Source: a bacterium (GTDB taxonomy: Bacteria > UBA8248). From it: a stretch of 64,000 nucleotides of DNA. Made by a program: the position numbers and the translations under genes. How positions within the stretch are numbered: the stretch's first letter is position 1; every line of letters starts with the position of its first letter. Below the pieces are notes generated by a model that searched no databases, was not told where the DNA came from, and saw nothing but the letters and a program-made list of their open reading frames with translations. Location: positions 320,001 to 384,000 of the forward strand of contig OZ241326.1 of the NCBI GenBank assembly GCA_965199855.1, written 5' to 3'. Shown piece after piece: positions 40,751-55,581 of the stretch.

Positions 40751-40774
40751 CCGAGAGCGCCTCTGCCGGATTCA

Positions 40775-41062
40775 TCAGGGAACCGGATCGTTCCCCCCGG
40801 GGTGAAATGGATGGCAGCGCCCTATCCGGCGGGCGGTGAGCCACAAGGCCCGCGCGGGCGCGTGGCGGCGGAACGCCTCGAGCGCGTAGCAGGAGCAGGT
40901 GGGCGAAAAGCGGCAACTGCCCGGCAATACGGGAGACAAGACGAGCTGATACCCCCGAATCAGAATGGTCGCCAGCGCGCTCGCCGCCCGCGACGCGGGG
41001 CCGGCTTCTTCCCTACGGCGGCCCCGCTTCAGGGAAAGCGCCGCGGAATGCCCTTTCCACAT
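40775..41062 (-). CDS. yidD: Membrane protein insertion efficiency factor
   Basis: YQ..LSP, CRF.PTCS.Y and RCHPF.PGG.DPVP; start uncertain. Confidence 0.88.
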   Translation of the reverse strand: MWKGHSAALSLKRGRRREEAGPASRAASALATILIRGYQLVLSPVLPGSCRFSPTCSCYALEAFRRHAPARALWLTARRIGRCHPFHPGGNDPVP

Positions 41063-41360
41063 CCTCTAGCCTCGCCTTCGCTATGGAACTCCTGGCCACG
41101 GCGACGACGTCCGTCCCCGGGGGCAGACGAGAGCCGCGGCGGCGAAACGCCTCTCGCAGGAGCCGCTTCGCCCGATTCCTCTCAACGGCGGCGCCCACCC
41201 GGCGCGACGCGATGACGCCCAGGCGCGCGCAACCCCCCGAGGGAGTGGACAGGATGTGAAGCGTGAAGTGCGGACACCTGCGCTTGCGCCCCTTCCCGAG
41301 GACGGCGGCGAATTCATGGGCCTTGCGAATCCGGCGCTCCGGCGGAAAGCCCTGGCTCAT
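41013..41360 (-). CDS. rnpA: Ribonuclease P protein component
   Basis: RLG..ASRRVG.AV.RNR.KR.LRE; ATG 41360. Confidence 0.9.
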   Translation of the reverse strand: MSQGFPPERRIRKAHEFAAVLGKGRKRRCPHFTLHILSTPSGGCARLGVIASRRVGAAVERNRAKRLLREAFRRRGSRLPPGTDVVAVARSSIAKARLEDVERAFRGAFPEAGPP

Positions 41361-41410
41361 CTCCGCCGTCCCTCCCGGTCGAGAACGAGGGGGCGGCGCG
41401 CCGCCCGGGG

Positions 41411-41551
41411 CTAGGAGGAAACGCCGAGACGCTTGCGGCGCTTGGCCCGACGCCGCCTGATGATCGCGCGGCCCCCGGTGGTCCTCATCCGCCGACGAAA
41501 CCCGTGCGTCTTCGCCCGCTTCCTTCTGTTCGGCTGATAGGTTCGCTTCAC
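41411..41551 (-). CDS. rpmH: 50S ribosomal protein L34
   Basis: Hand-translated: [46 protein letters not shown]. Not in the ORF track. Confidence 0.95.
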   Translation of the reverse strand: MKRTYQPNRRKRAKTHGFRRRMRTTGGRAIIRRRRAKRRKRLGVSS

Positions 41552-41638
41552 GAAACGCTCCACATCCCGGCCCGAAAGGCCGGCTCCTCAAGACGCCGGC
41601 GCGCGACAGGGAAAACGCGCACCCGAAAAACCGGGCGT

Positions 41639-41667
41639 AAGATATCCGCCGGAGTCCCGATTGTCAA
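41639..41667 (-). promoter_or_regulatory. sigma70 promoter of the rpmH operon
   Basis: TTGACA-17 bp-TATCTT. Confidence 0.7.
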
Positions 41668-41842
41668 GAACCGACCGACGCCGCGCGGACGGACAAGAAA
41701 TCGCCCGTCCCGGAGAGGGCCCGGTTTCACTCCCCTCGCTCTCGCTTTTTCCCTAAAAAAACTTGGTTTTTGTTCGCGGCCACCGGAAAATCTGAAAAAA
41801 CACCTCTTTTCCCGTGAAAGGCGCTTGCCCCGGGCGCTGTTT

Positions 41843-41892
41843 TGTGGAAAACTCCCATCTTCGTCAGTCTCATGCCTCGCCCTTGTGGAAAA
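41843..41892. promoter_or_regulatory. DnaA boxes upstream of dnaA
   Basis: TGTGGAAAA at 41843 and 41884, fitting the TTWTNCACA consensus. Confidence 0.75.
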
Positions 41893-41957
41893 CGCTCGCC
41901 GGCGCGTTGCCAGAGAACGCCTCGCCACGCGGCGGCCTTTGCCCATCGGTTCACGCC

Positions 41958-43277
41958 ATGACGAATCTGTGGCTTCGTTGCGCGGATAAAATCAGGGAAG
42001 AGGTATCCCCGAAAACGTTCGAGCGATGGTTCGCCGGCGTCGAGGAAGTGGACGCGAACGAATCCTCCCTGACGATCCAGGCACCCAACTCCTTCACGGC
42101 GGGAGCTCTGCGCTCACGCTATTGGGGCATCCTGACGGACATCCTCAAGCAGGAGGCCGGGCCGAACGTCGCGCTCGCGCTATTGGCCGGCAACGGCGCG
42201 AGCGAAAAGCGCGCGGAAGAAGGGCCGGCGGAGCGCGACCCCGCGCCCAAGCGCCCGGACTTCCTGAACCCCAGATACCACTTCGAGAATTTCGTGGTGG
42301 GCGCGTCGAACGAGCTCGCCCACGCCTGCGCCGCCCGCGTGGCGGACGGCATGGGCGCCACGCTCAACCCGCTTTTCATCTACGGCGGGGTGGGTCTCGG
42401 CAAAACACACCTGCTGCACGCCATTGCTCACCGCATTCTCAGCAAGCGTCCCGGAGCCCGCGTCTTCTACGCCTCGGCGGAGAGCTTCGTCAACGACCTC
42501 ATCTCCTCGATCAGGCGAAACCGCATGGCCGCGTTCAGAAACAAATACAGAAAAGTGGACGCGCTGATGATAGACGACATCCAGTTCATCGCGGGCAAGG
42601 AGCGAACCCAGGAGGAGTTCTTCTTCACCTTCAACTCCCTGCACGAAGCGAGAAAGCAGATCATCATCACGAGCGACAAAATGCCCAAGGACACGCCGGG
42701 CCTGGAGGAGCGTCTCCAGGCGCGCTTCGTGTGGGGGATGATGGCGGACATCGGCGCGCCCGACTTCGAGACCAAGGTGGCCATCCTCCAGAAAAAGGCG
42801 AGCGAGCAGGAGCTCTCCCTCCCCCGCGAGGTCGCCCACTACATCGCCGAGAAGGTTCGCTCCAACATCCGGGAGCTCGAGGGATGCCTCATCAAGCTCA
42901 ACTTTCACGTTTCCCTGCACGACATCGAGATTGACCTGCCGGTCGCGCAGGAGGTGCTGCGGAGCATCATCCGCGACCCCGCGCGCAACTCCTCGGTGGA
43001 CAACATCCAGAGAATCGTAGCCGCCCACTTCCAGGTGCGGGTCGCCGACCTCAAATCGAAAAACCGCTCGCGGTGCTTCGCGATTCCCCGGCAAATCGCC
43101 ATGTATCTGTCAAGAAAACTCACGCGAGCCTCGACCACGGACATCGGACGCCGCTTCGGCGGCAAGGATCATTCCACGGTCATTCACTCCACCAATAAAA
43201 TCGAGGAACTGCTCAAAACGGATCAGGCTCTCTCGGACGCCATCCAGGCCATCCGCCAGAAGATAGACCTCTCCTGA
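41958..43277 (+). CDS. dnaA: Replication initiator DnaA
   Basis: NPLFIYGGVGLGKTHL, DDIQF, SNIRELEG and FGGKDHSTV. Confidence 0.97.
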   Translation: MTNLWLRCADKIREEVSPKTFERWFAGVEEVDANESSLTIQAPNSFTAGALRSRYWGILTDILKQEAGPNVALALLAGNGASEKRAEEGPAERDPAPKRPDFLNPRYHFENFVVGASNELAHACAARVADGMGATLNPLFIYGGVGLGKTHLLHAIAHRILSKRPGARVFYASAESFVNDLISSIRRNRMAAFRNKYRKVDALMIDDIQFIAGKERTQEEFFFTFNSLHEARKQIIITSDKMPKDTPGLEERLQARFVWGMMADIGAPDFETKVAILQKKASEQELSLPREVAHYIAEKVRSNIRELEGCLIKLNFHVSLHDIEIDLPVAQEVLRSIIRDPARNSSVDNIQRIVAAHFQVRVADLKSKNRSRCFAIPRQIAMYLSRKLTRASTTDIGRRFGGKDHSTVIHSTNKIEELLKTDQALSDAIQAIRQKIDLS

Positions 43278-43512
43278 AAAGAAGTGGAAAGAGTTGTGGA
43301 CAACGGTGTTGAAACCCCGCGGCCTCGCCGCGCTCCATGGAAAAATGATGCGCGAAAAACGCTTGTCCACAACCGCGCCAACATGCCAGGTCTCGAAAAA
43401 GACGCTTTTTTTCAGCCTCGTATCCGGTTTTCCACAAATTCACGCTCCCTGTCACTACTATTTTCTGGATATTTTCCTGCATCCTAAAAGATCTGGTATC
43501 TGAGAATATCCC
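43278..43512. other. oriC unwinding region (DnaA boxes, DnaA-trios, AT-rich tract)
   Basis: Boxes TGTGGACAA 43295, TTGTCCACA 43363 and TTTTCCACA 43428, followed by AATTCACG-CTCCC-TGT-CAC-TAC-TAT-TTT. Confidence 0.8.
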
Positions 43513-47144
<3,632 letters not shown>

Positions 47145-47266
47145 CGCGCCCCTTCGCGGCGCGAGAGACTGATTTTCCTGCGTCCGCCTCGTCCCGCCCC
47201 CGTTCGATGTTTTGAACTTTGAGACGGCCGTCCCTTCGCGCCGTCGCCGGGAGAGTTTCCGAGAAA

Positions 47267-49696
47267 ATGGACGACCTTCGAGAAGTCAGCATCGAGCAGG
47301 AGATGAGCACCTCCTTCATGGACTACGCGATGAGCGTCATCATCGCGCGCGCCCTGCCCGACGTGCGGGACGGGCTGAAGCCCGTGCAGCGGCGCATCCT
47401 CACCACGCTGAACGACCTGGGCCTCGCCCACAACCGGCCGTTCCGAAAGTGCGCGAAGATAGCGGGGGACGTGAGCGGGAACTACCACCCCCACGGGGAG
47501 GCGGTGGTCTATCCGGCGCTGGCGCGCATGGCGCAGGACTTCTCCCTGCGGGGCCTCCTGGTGGACGGGCAGGGCAACTTCGGCTCCGTGGACGGCGACC
47601 CGCCCGCGGCCATGCGCTACACCGAGGCGCGGATGACACAGCTCGCCGAGAGCATGCTCGCCGACATCGAGAAGGACACCGTAGACTTCGTCCCCAACTA
47701 CGACAACACGCGCGCGGAGCCCTCCGTGCTTCCCGCCCGCGCTCCCAACCTGCTGCTGAACGGCTCGACGGGCATCGCCGTCGGCATGGCCACGAACATC
47801 CCGCCCCACAACCTGGGAGAGGTCTGCGACGCGCTCATCCATCTGCTGGAGAAGGGCGACGCCTCGACGGAGGAAATCCTCCGCAGGATGCCGGGCCCCG
47901 ACTTCCCCACGGCGGGCATCATCTACGGGCGCGCGGGCATCCGCGACTACTACGAGACGGGCCGCGGCTCGCTCCGGATACGCGCCAGGGCGATGGTGGA
48001 GGTCAACGCGCGGAGCGGCCGCCAGTCCATCGTGGTGACCGAGATTCCCTACGCGCTCAACAAGGCGCGGCTGATCGAAAAGATCGCGGACCTGGTGCGC
48101 GAGCAGAAGATCGCCGACATCGCCGACATCCGCGACGAGAGCGACAGGAGCGGGATGCGCATCGTCATCGACCTGAAGCGCGACGCCGTGGGCGGCGCGG
48201 TGCTGAACCAGCTCTACAAGCACACCCAGATGCAGACGAGCTTCGGCGTCATCCTCCTCGCGCTCGTGAACAACCAGCCGCGCGTGATGGGCTTGCGGGA
48301 GATGCTCTCCCATTTCCTGCGCTACCGCCGGGAGATCGTGCTCAGGCGGAGCCGCTTCGAGCTCGACAAGGCCGAGAAGCGGGCGCACGTCCTCGAGGGC
48401 TACCGCATCGCCCTCGACAATATCGAGGAGGTCATCCGGCTCATCCGGGGGAGCAAGACGCCCGAGGAGGCGCGCGAGGGCCTCGCGGGGAGCTTCGGCC
48501 TCTCCCGGCCGCAGGCCCAGGCGATCCTGGAGATGCGGCTTCAGCGCCTCACGGGCCTCGAGCGCGACAAGATAGAGGAGGAATACAAGGAGCTCCGGAA
48601 GGTCATCAAGCGCCTCCGCAAAGTGCTGGTGGATCAGGCTTTGCAGACCGCCATCATCAAGGAGGAGCTTCTCGAGGTGCGGGAGAAGTTCGCGGACGAG
48701 AGAAGAACGCAGATCGCGGACGAGACGAGCGAGATATCCCTCGAGGACATGATCGTCGAGGAGGACATGGCGGTCGCCATCTCCAATTCGGGATACATCA
48801 AGCGAAACGCCGTCAGCCTCTACCGCTCCCAGCGGCGCGGCGGCAAGGGCGTGATGGGCATGGGGACGAAGGAGGAGGATTTCGTCGAGCAGCTCTTCAT
48901 CGCCTCCACGCACGACTACATGCTGTTCTTCACCTCGCGCGGCCGCTGCCACTGGCTGAAGGTCCACGAGATTCCGCAGGCGGGCCGCGCCGCGCGCGGC
49001 AAGGCCGTCGTGAACGTGCTGCGCCTGGAGGCGGGCGAGGCCGTCTCCGCCGTCATGCCCGTCCGGCAGTTCGAGCCGGATCGCTACGTCATCATGGCGA
49101 CGAGGCGGGGCGTGCTCAAGAAGACGCAACTCGCGGCGTTCAGCCACCCGAGGACGGGCGGCATCATCGCGCTCCAGCTGGATGAGGGCGACGAGCTCAT
49201 CGGGGTGGGCCAGACGGACGGCGGCCTCGACGTGTTCATTGGAACGAGGGGCGGCAAGGCCATCCGCTTTCCCGAGAGCAAGGTTCGCGCCATGGGCAGG
49301 AGCGCGCGCGGCGTGCGCGGCATCGCCCTGGCGGAGGGGGACTACGTGGTCGGCATGGAGGTCGTCTCGCCGGGCAACGTCATCCTCACCGCCACCGAGC
49401 TCGGCTACGGCAAGCGCAGCCGGGTGGACGACTACCGGCTCACGAACCGGGGCGGCAAGGGGGTGATCAACATCAAGGTGACGGAGAAGAGCGGGCCGGT
49501 CGTCGGCGTCCGGCGCGTGACCGAGGACGACGAGTTCATGCTCATCACGACCGGGGGGCAGCTCATCCGCTCCCGCGTCCGGGACGTCTCCGTCATCGGG
49601 CGCGCCGCGCAGGGGGTCCGGCTGATCGGCGTCCGCGAGGGAGACCGCGTCGCGGCGCTCGCCCGCATCGAGGAGAACGGAAACGGCTCCCCGTAA
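47267..49696 (+). CDS. gyrA: DNA gyrase subunit A
   Basis: [20 protein letters not shown] and GyrA-box QRRGGKG. Confidence 0.96.
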   Translation: MDDLREVSIEQEMSTSFMDYAMSVIIARALPDVRDGLKPVQRRILTTLNDLGLAHNRPFRKCAKIAGDVSGNYHPHGEAVVYPALARMAQDFSLRGLLVDGQGNFGSVDGDPPAAMRYTEARMTQLAESMLADIEKDTVDFVPNYDNTRAEPSVLPARAPNLLLNGSTGIAVGMATNIPPHNLGEVCDALIHLLEKGDASTEEILRRMPGPDFPTAGIIYGRAGIRDYYETGRGSLRIRARAMVEVNARSGRQSIVVTEIPYALNKARLIEKIADLVREQKIADIADIRDESDRSGMRIVIDLKRDAVGGAVLNQLYKHTQMQTSFGVILLALVNNQPRVMGLREMLSHFLRYRREIVLRRSRFELDKAEKRAHVLEGYRIALDNIEEVIRLIRGSKTPEEAREGLAGSFGLSRPQAQAILEMRLQRLTGLERDKIEEEYKELRKVIKRLRKVLVDQALQTAIIKEELLEVREKFADERRTQIADETSEISLEDMIVEEDMAVAISNSGYIKRNAVSLYRSQRRGGKGVMGMGTKEEDFVEQLFIASTHDYMLFFTSRGRCHWLKVHEIPQAGRAARGKAVVNVLRLEAGEAVSAVMPVRQFEPDRYVIMATRRGVLKKTQLAAFSHPRTGGIIALQLDEGDELIGVGQTDGGLDVFIGTRGGKAIRFPESKVRAMGRSARGVRGIALAEGDYVVGMEVVSPGNVILTATELGYGKRSRVDDYRLTNRGGKGVINIKVTEKSGPVVGVRRVTEDDEFMLITTGGQLIRSRVRDVSVIGRAAQGVRLIGVREGDRVAALARIEENGNGSP

Positions 49697-49819
49697 GAGA
49701 GATTGAAAACGACCTCCTCCGGGCGGGCGCGGGCGCGGAAATGGGGTATAATGCGCCCGACGACGCCCCGCGAGAGCGAGGAGGAAAACGAACCTCCCCG
49801 AAGAAGGAGAGACGCGCCC

Positions 49820-50308
49820 GTGAGAACAAAACGCTTCCTGCTCCCGGCGCTGGCCGCCGCGGCGTTGCTGGCCTCCGTCGCCGAAGCCCAGGTGCTGCCG
49901 CCCGTGCGAGAGCCGCCGCCCGCTCCCGCGCCCGAAGTCAGGCCCGCGCCTCCCCTGGCGCCTCCCGGCCAGCCCGTGGTGGGGCTTCCGGTACGGCGGC
50001 CCCTGGACCTCATCGCCACCATCACGCTGGCGACGGGCAAGACGGAGACCTTCGCCCGCGAGATCGACCGGCTCGAGATCATCACCGGGCCCGACGGCGC
50101 CATCGAGCTGATCCACCTGCTCCTGGTCGCCGACGGGGAGCGCAACACGCACGTCTGGTACAACTATGGACAGGTCGCCAAGCTGAGCTACCGCTTCGTC
50201 ACCCCCCAGGGCAGCTCGAAGGTATTCGTTCGCCTGCTGCGCGCCTCGCCGCCGACGAGAGAGCTCACGGAGAGGGTCGAGCCCCTGAGCCCCCTCGAGT
50301 TCCGCTAG
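49820..50308 (+). CDS. Hypothetical secreted protein
   Basis: GTG 49820 with AGGAG. Signal peptide (AEA-Q), Pro-rich linker and beta-rich domain. Confidence 0.7.
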   Translation: MRTKRFLLPALAAAALLASVAEAQVLPPVREPPPAPAPEVRPAPPLAPPGQPVVGLPVRRPLDLIATITLATGKTETFAREIDRLEIITGPDGAIELIHLLLVADGERNTHVWYNYGQVAKLSYRFVTPQGSSKVFVRLLRASPPTRELTERVEPLSPLEFR

Positions 50309-50315
50309 GGCGCCG

Positions 50316-51215
50316 ATGAGCGCGAAGGGCTACGCGAATCCGCGCCTCGCCCTCGCCCCCGCGCAGCTCGCCGAGCGCATCGGCGGGCGCAAGGGCGACG
50401 ATCTCGTCATCATCGACGCCCGCCCGACGCCCGAGTTCTGCGCGGGCCACATCGAGGGCGCCGCGCACCTCGACCTGTATGGAATCTCGCTCAACGACAC
50501 AGGCCCCTCCGCGCTGGCCGCCTTCACCTGGATGCTCGCGTATCTCATGGAGATACGGGGCGTGGACTACGACAGGACGGTCGTGTTCTATCAGGAGAAC
50601 GCGGGGTTCCGCGCCGCGCGCGGATTCTGGTTTCTCGAGTATCTGGGCCATGAGGACGTCCACGTTCTGGACGGCGGCCTCAACGCGTGGAAAGCCGCCG
50701 GCCTGCCCGTCACGCGCGAGGCGTGGCCGATGGCGGGAGGGCCGTATGAAGCGGACGCGCGGGGCGAGAGGCGCATTCTGAGAACCTCGTTCGCCAGCCG
50801 CCTCAAGCCGCCCGAGGCGGGCCGCATCGCCACGGCCGACTACGTTCTCGGCCATCTGGACGATCCGGACGTCGTGATTCACGACACGCGCTCCGAGGGG
50901 GAGTATTTCGGCGAGAACGTCCGCGCCGCGCGCGGCGGCGCCGTTCCGGGCTCGGTTCACCTCGAGTGGTCGGAGGCTCTCGCCGCCGACGGGTCGCTCC
51001 GGCCGGCCTCCGAGCTCAGGGCGCTGCTCGAACCCCGGGGCCTGACGCCCGACAGGGAAATCGCGCCCCTGTGCCAGGGCGGCTACCGCTCGGCGCACGC
51101 CTATCTCGTCTATCGGTTGCTCGGCTACCCGAGAATCAGAAACTACCTGGGCTCCTGGAAGGAGTGGGGCGACAGGGAAGACCTCCCCATCGAGGTTCCC
51201 GGGCGAAGCGGATAG
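50316..51215 (+). CDS. Tandem-domain sulfurtransferase (rhodanese)
   Basis: GHIEGA, LDGG..AW, CQGGYRS and Y.GSW.EW. Confidence 0.9.
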   Translation: MSAKGYANPRLALAPAQLAERIGGRKGDDLVIIDARPTPEFCAGHIEGAAHLDLYGISLNDTGPSALAAFTWMLAYLMEIRGVDYDRTVVFYQENAGFRAARGFWFLEYLGHEDVHVLDGGLNAWKAAGLPVTREAWPMAGGPYEADARGERRILRTSFASRLKPPEAGRIATADYVLGHLDDPDVVIHDTRSEGEYFGENVRAARGGAVPGSVHLEWSEALAADGSLRPASELRALLEPRGLTPDREIAPLCQGGYRSAHAYLVYRLLGYPRIRNYLGSWKEWGDREDLPIEVPGRSG

Positions 51216-51252
51216 AACCCCGCCCGCCCGCCGCCCTCGCCGACCCGCAAAC

Positions 51253-51919
51253 GGGGCGCATATATGCGCCCCCCACAAAACCGCCACCCTCCCCGCAGGG
51301 GACGCATTCACGCGCCGCGTTCGTAGAGGGCGTGCGCGATTCGCCTTCGTAGGGGCGGCTCGCGAGCCGCCCGTTTTGAAGGGAAGGGAATCAAACCCCT
51401 GGATTCCGGCCTTCGCCGGAATGACGGCGGACGGACGCGGGGCGGACAACCACAGGGGGTTGTCCCTACGGCGGGGCGCAAGAATGCGCCCCCTACGGGC
51501 GAGGGCGGCGAGGATTTCCCCTCCGGCGCGCGCCGCCGCAAAACCCGTCATTCCGGCGAAGGCCGGAATCCGGAACCGGGGCGCGCGGCGGCCAACGGGC
51601 GTTCCCGGCCAATCCATGCGCGGGTTCGCCTTCGTAGGGGCGGCCCCCTGTGGCCGCCCGTTGGGATGATCGTTCGCCGATCGGGTTCCGCCCCCGACGT
51701 GCAGGGACAGGTCGCGACCTGTCCCTACGGGATTTTCGCGCGGCGGCGGGACGGGAATCCGGCGAAGGACAACCACAGGGGGTTGTCCCTGCGATTGCCG
51801 CAATCGCCGCGCGCGGCGTCATCGCCGGCCCGCAACGGGGCGCAAGAATGGAAACGCTCCCGCGCTCACCTGCGAAACCGTCGCTATCTTCATCCGTAGG
51901 GGACGCATTCATGCGTCCC
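51253..51919. repeat. REP mosaic 2, inverted and rearranged homolog of mosaic 1
   Basis: Hairpins at 51253, 51349, 51444, 51473, 51634, 51701, 51767 and 51896; CGTC-type pair at 51401-51426 and 51546-51571. Linkers match mosaic 1 in reverse complement. Confidence 0.9.
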
Positions 51920-52079
51920 GCGTTTTTCCCGTCCCTGCGGGCCGCGCGGCGCTTCCCGCGAACGCGCGCCGCGCCTGCTGGATTATTTTCCCGCGCTGTG
52001 GCATTTGCATGGCGCGGCGTTCTTTCATCCGCGCGCCCCGCCCGGCGAACCGGCGCGGGCGGCGAGGGAGGCTGGGCGC

Positions 52080-53510
52080 ATGGACGGCCACCACGGCGAA
52101 AGGGAGACCATCGTCGCGCTCTCCACGCCCCCCGGACGCGGCGCCATCGCCATCGTCCGCCTGAGCGGAGGGGAGTCGCTCCCGATTCTCGAGCGGATTT
52201 TCGCGCCCCGGAAAAAGAGAAGCGCCTTCCCCGCGCGGCGGCCCGTGCTGGGGCGCTTCGTGGAGGCGGGCGAGGCGTTCGACGAGGGGGTGGCGTTGTT
52301 TCACCCGGGCCCCGGCTCCTCCACCGGCGAGGACGTGGTCGAGATGCACTGCCACGGCGGCCCCGCCATCTCGCGCGCCATCCTGCGCCTGGCGCGGGAG
52401 GCGGGGGCGAGGACCGCCCTGCCCGGCGAGTTCACCCGTCGCGCCTTTCTGGAGGGGAAAATCGACCTGCTCCAGGCGGAAGCGGTGGCGGATCTGGTGA
52501 TGGCGCAGACCCAGCGGGCGGCGCGCGCCGCCCTCCATCACCTGGACGGGCGGCTTTCCTCGGCGCTCGAGGCGGCCTGGGAGAAAATCGTGGAGGCGGG
52601 CGCGCACGTCGAGGCGGCGATAGACTTTCCCGACGAGTTCGAGCCGGGGGCGGGTCCCTCGGTTTCGGGCGCGCCCATGGGCGGCGCCGGCCTCGCGCGC
52701 CTTTTCGCGGAGATAGAGGGGGCGCTGGCGAGGCTTCTGGCGAGCTACCGCTCCGGCAGGATTCTCCGGGAGGGGGCGCGGGCGGCCATTCTCGGAAGGC
52801 CCAACGCCGGAAAGTCCACCCTGCTGAACGAGATGCTGGGCGCCGAGCGCGCCATCACGAGCGAGATTCCCGGCACCACGCGGGACACGGTGGAGGAGGT
52901 CTGCGAGGTGGGCGGCGCACCGGTGCGGCTCATCGACACGGCGGGTCTCAGGGAGGCGGGCGATCCGGTCGAGCGCGAGGGGACGGCGCGGGCGCGAAGG
53001 GCGGCGGAGGGCGCGGACGTCTGCCTCATGGTGATGGACGCCGCGCGCGGGCGGGAGGAGGCGGCCTGGGCGGCGCGGGAGGCGCGCTCCCTGAAATGCC
53101 ATAATATATTTATATTCAATAAGTTGGATAAAATATCCCCCGAGGAGGGAGAGGAGGTGCGCGCCTTTTTGCGCGAGGTCGCGCCTGAGGCCGGCGAGCC
53201 CGTTTTCGTCTCCGCGCTGACGGGCGAGGGGCTGCCCGCGCTGCGAGAGGCGATGGCGCGCGCCCTGATGAACGGGGATGGTCTCCGGGGCGGCGAGGCG
53301 CTCCTCACGCGGGAGCGGCACCACGGGGAAATCTCCCGGTGCCTGGAGGCGGTGCGGCTCGCCGGGGCGGGCGCGCGGGAGGCGGCCTCGCCCGAGCTGG
53401 TGGCGGTTCACCTGAACGAGGCGCAGTCCGCCCTCTCCGGGCTTTTGGGGAAGGATTACGGAGAGGCGCTGCTGGACAGGATTTTCTCCACCTTCTGCAT
53501 CGGAAAGTAG
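52080..53510 (+). CDS. mnmE: tRNA modification GTPase MnmE
   Basis: [30 protein letters not shown] and FCIGK. Confidence 0.96.
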   Translation: MDGHHGERETIVALSTPPGRGAIAIVRLSGGESLPILERIFAPRKKRSAFPARRPVLGRFVEAGEAFDEGVALFHPGPGSSTGEDVVEMHCHGGPAISRAILRLAREAGARTALPGEFTRRAFLEGKIDLLQAEAVADLVMAQTQRAARAALHHLDGRLSSALEAAWEKIVEAGAHVEAAIDFPDEFEPGAGPSVSGAPMGGAGLARLFAEIEGALARLLASYRSGRILREGARAAILGRPNAGKSTLLNEMLGAERAITSEIPGTTRDTVEEVCEVGGAPVRLIDTAGLREAGDPVEREGTARARRAAEGADVCLMVMDAARGREEAAWAAREARSLKCHNIFIFNKLDKISPEEGEEVRAFLREVAPEAGEPVFVSALTGEGLPALREAMARALMNGDGLRGGEALLTRERHHGEISRCLEAVRLAGAGAREAASPELVAVHLNEAQSALSGLLGKDYGEALLDRIFSTFCIGK

Positions 53511-53562
53511 GGGCGCGCGGGCGGGCTTCGCCTCGTTCGCGCGGAATTCGGGAGGCTTCGGC

Positions 53563-55491
53563 TTGGGCGGTCGTTATGACGTCATCGTCGTGGGCGGCGG
53601 ACACGCCGGCTGCGAGGCGGCGCTCGCCGCCGCGCGCATGGGCGCCCGCGCCCTGATGCTCACGATGAACCTCGACACCGTGGGCCTCATGTCGTGCAAT
53701 CCGGCGATAGGCGGGCTGGCCAAGGGCGTTCTGGTGCGCGAGGTGGACGCCCTGGGCGGCGAGATGGCGCGCGCCATCGACGCCACGGGGATTCAGTTCC
53801 GGATGCTCAACACGAAGAAGGGCCCCGCCGTGCAGGCCCTGCGCGCCCAGGCGGACAAGCAGCGATACCGCGCCTGGATGAAGCAGGCGGTCGAAAGCCA
53901 GGAGAACCTCCATCTCAAGCAGGGCATGGCGCAGAGGCTTCTCGTGAAGAACGGGGCGATAGCGGGCCTTCGCGATCACTTCGGGGAGGTTTATGAATGC
54001 GCCGCGCTCGTCCTCACGCCGGGCACCTTCGCGCGCGGCCTTCTCCACTACGGGGCGCGGAAGGTGGAGGGCGGGCGCGCCGGCGAGGGCGCGGCGAACG
54101 AGCTGACCGCCCAGCTCCTCTCCCTCGGCTTCTCGATGGGGCGGATGAAGACGGGGACGCCCCCCAGGATAGACGCGCGATCCATCGACTTCGGGCGGCT
54201 CGCCGTCCAGCCCGGAGACGAGCCGCCCCTTCCGTTCTCCTACCGGACGCCCGCCATCGAGCGGGAGCAGACGCCCTGCTGGATCGCCTGGACGAACCCG
54301 CGGACGCACGGAATCATCCGGGAGAACATCGACCGCGCGCCGATGTACAACGGGCAGATCGAAGCCGTCGGCGTCCGGTATTGTCCGAGCATCGAGGACA
54401 AGATCATGCGGTTCGAGGGCAAGAGGGAGCACCAGATATTCCTGGAGCCCGAAGGCCGGGAGACCCGCGAGATTTACGTGAACGGGCTCTCCACCAGCCT
54501 GCCGGTGGACGTGCAGACGCGGATGCTGAGGACGATAGAGGGCCTGGAGAAGGTCGAGATGATGCGCCCCGGCTACGCGGTGGAATACGACTACGCGGCG
54601 CCGACCGAGCTCGACGCGAGCCTGATGACGAAGAGGACGCCCGGGCTGTTTCACGCCGGCCAGATGAACGGGACGACCGGCTACGAGGAGGCCGCGGCCC
54701 AGGGAATCATCGCCGGCGTCAACGCCGCGCGGCGGGCGGGCGGCGGCGACCCCGTCGTTCTTGGGCGGGAGGAGGCGTACGTCGGCGTTCTGATTGACGA
54801 TCTCACCACCAGGGGAACGGCCGAGCCCTACCGGATGTTCACTAGCCGCGCCGAGCACAGGCTGAGGCTGCGGCACGACAACGCGGATTTCCGGCTCATG
54901 GAGCTGGGCCATCGCGTGGGCTCCCTGGACGGGGCGGCCTTCCGCGCCTTTCGGGCGAGGGCGAAGCGGGCGCGCGAGGCCATCGCCTACGCGGAGAGGA
55001 CGATGGCGCGACCGACGCCCGGGGTTCGGAGCGTTCTGGAGGCGGCGGGCTCCCGCGTGCTCAGGAAGCCGGCGTCCCTGGGCGACATTCTCCGCAGGCC
55101 GGAGGCCGGGCCGGAGCTGGCGGCGCGCGTTGACGCCGTGAACGGGGGCCGCTTTCGGGCGATCTGGGAAGGACTCGGAAGGGAATCCCGGCGATACGTT
55201 CTGGCGGAAATCAAATACAGGGAGTATTTCGAGCGCGAGCATCGGCAGGTCGCCCACCTGAGAATGGCCGACCGGGTGACGATACCCGAGGACATCTCCT
55301 ACGCCGGGGTGAGCCACCTCACCGCCGAGGTGAGGCAGAGGCTCGAGCGGATACGCCCCCGGACGCTCGGGCAGGCGAGCCGCATTTCGGGCGTGACGCC
55401 GGCCGCGATCGCCGTGCTGGAAGTCCACCTCCGAAAGCGAAGCGGGGAATCCGGTCGCCGGGAGCGCGTTCCCGTCCGCGATGACGAATAG
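53563..55491 (+). CDS. mnmG: tRNA uridine-5-carboxymethylaminomethyl modification enzyme MnmG
   Basis: [27 protein letters not shown] and [12 protein letters not shown]. Confidence 0.96.
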   Translation: MGGRYDVIVVGGGHAGCEAALAAARMGARALMLTMNLDTVGLMSCNPAIGGLAKGVLVREVDALGGEMARAIDATGIQFRMLNTKKGPAVQALRAQADKQRYRAWMKQAVESQENLHLKQGMAQRLLVKNGAIAGLRDHFGEVYECAALVLTPGTFARGLLHYGARKVEGGRAGEGAANELTAQLLSLGFSMGRMKTGTPPRIDARSIDFGRLAVQPGDEPPLPFSYRTPAIEREQTPCWIAWTNPRTHGIIRENIDRAPMYNGQIEAVGVRYCPSIEDKIMRFEGKREHQIFLEPEGRETREIYVNGLSTSLPVDVQTRMLRTIEGLEKVEMMRPGYAVEYDYAAPTELDASLMTKRTPGLFHAGQMNGTTGYEEAAAQGIIAGVNAARRAGGGDPVVLGREEAYVGVLIDDLTTRGTAEPYRMFTSRAEHRLRLRHDNADFRLMELGHRVGSLDGAAFRAFRARAKRAREAIAYAERTMARPTPGVRSVLEAAGSRVLRKPASLGDILRRPEAGPELAARVDAVNGGRFRAIWEGLGRESRRYVLAEIKYREYFEREHRQVAHLRMADRVTIPEDISYAGVSHLTAEVRQRLERIRPRTLGQASRISGVTPAAIAVLEVHLRKRSGESGRRERVPVRDDE

Positions 55492-55581
55492 CCCGAGATA
55501 ATCGCCCCCCCCTCGCCGTCGGCGCGGTCCCTCCGAATACGGGAAGCCCCCCCCCTCGCCGGGAGCAAAAACCTCTCGAAT

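Noticed and set aside
47267-49696. parC, given the unusual quinolone-binding region
   Set aside because: An intact GyrA-box (QRRGGKG) and the position after gyrB at the origin support gyrA.
53094-53120. dif-like site AAATGCCATAA-TATAT-TTATATTCAAT
   Set aside because: The spacer is 5 bp rather than 6, it is inside mnmE and near the origin; an IHF-like reading fits better.
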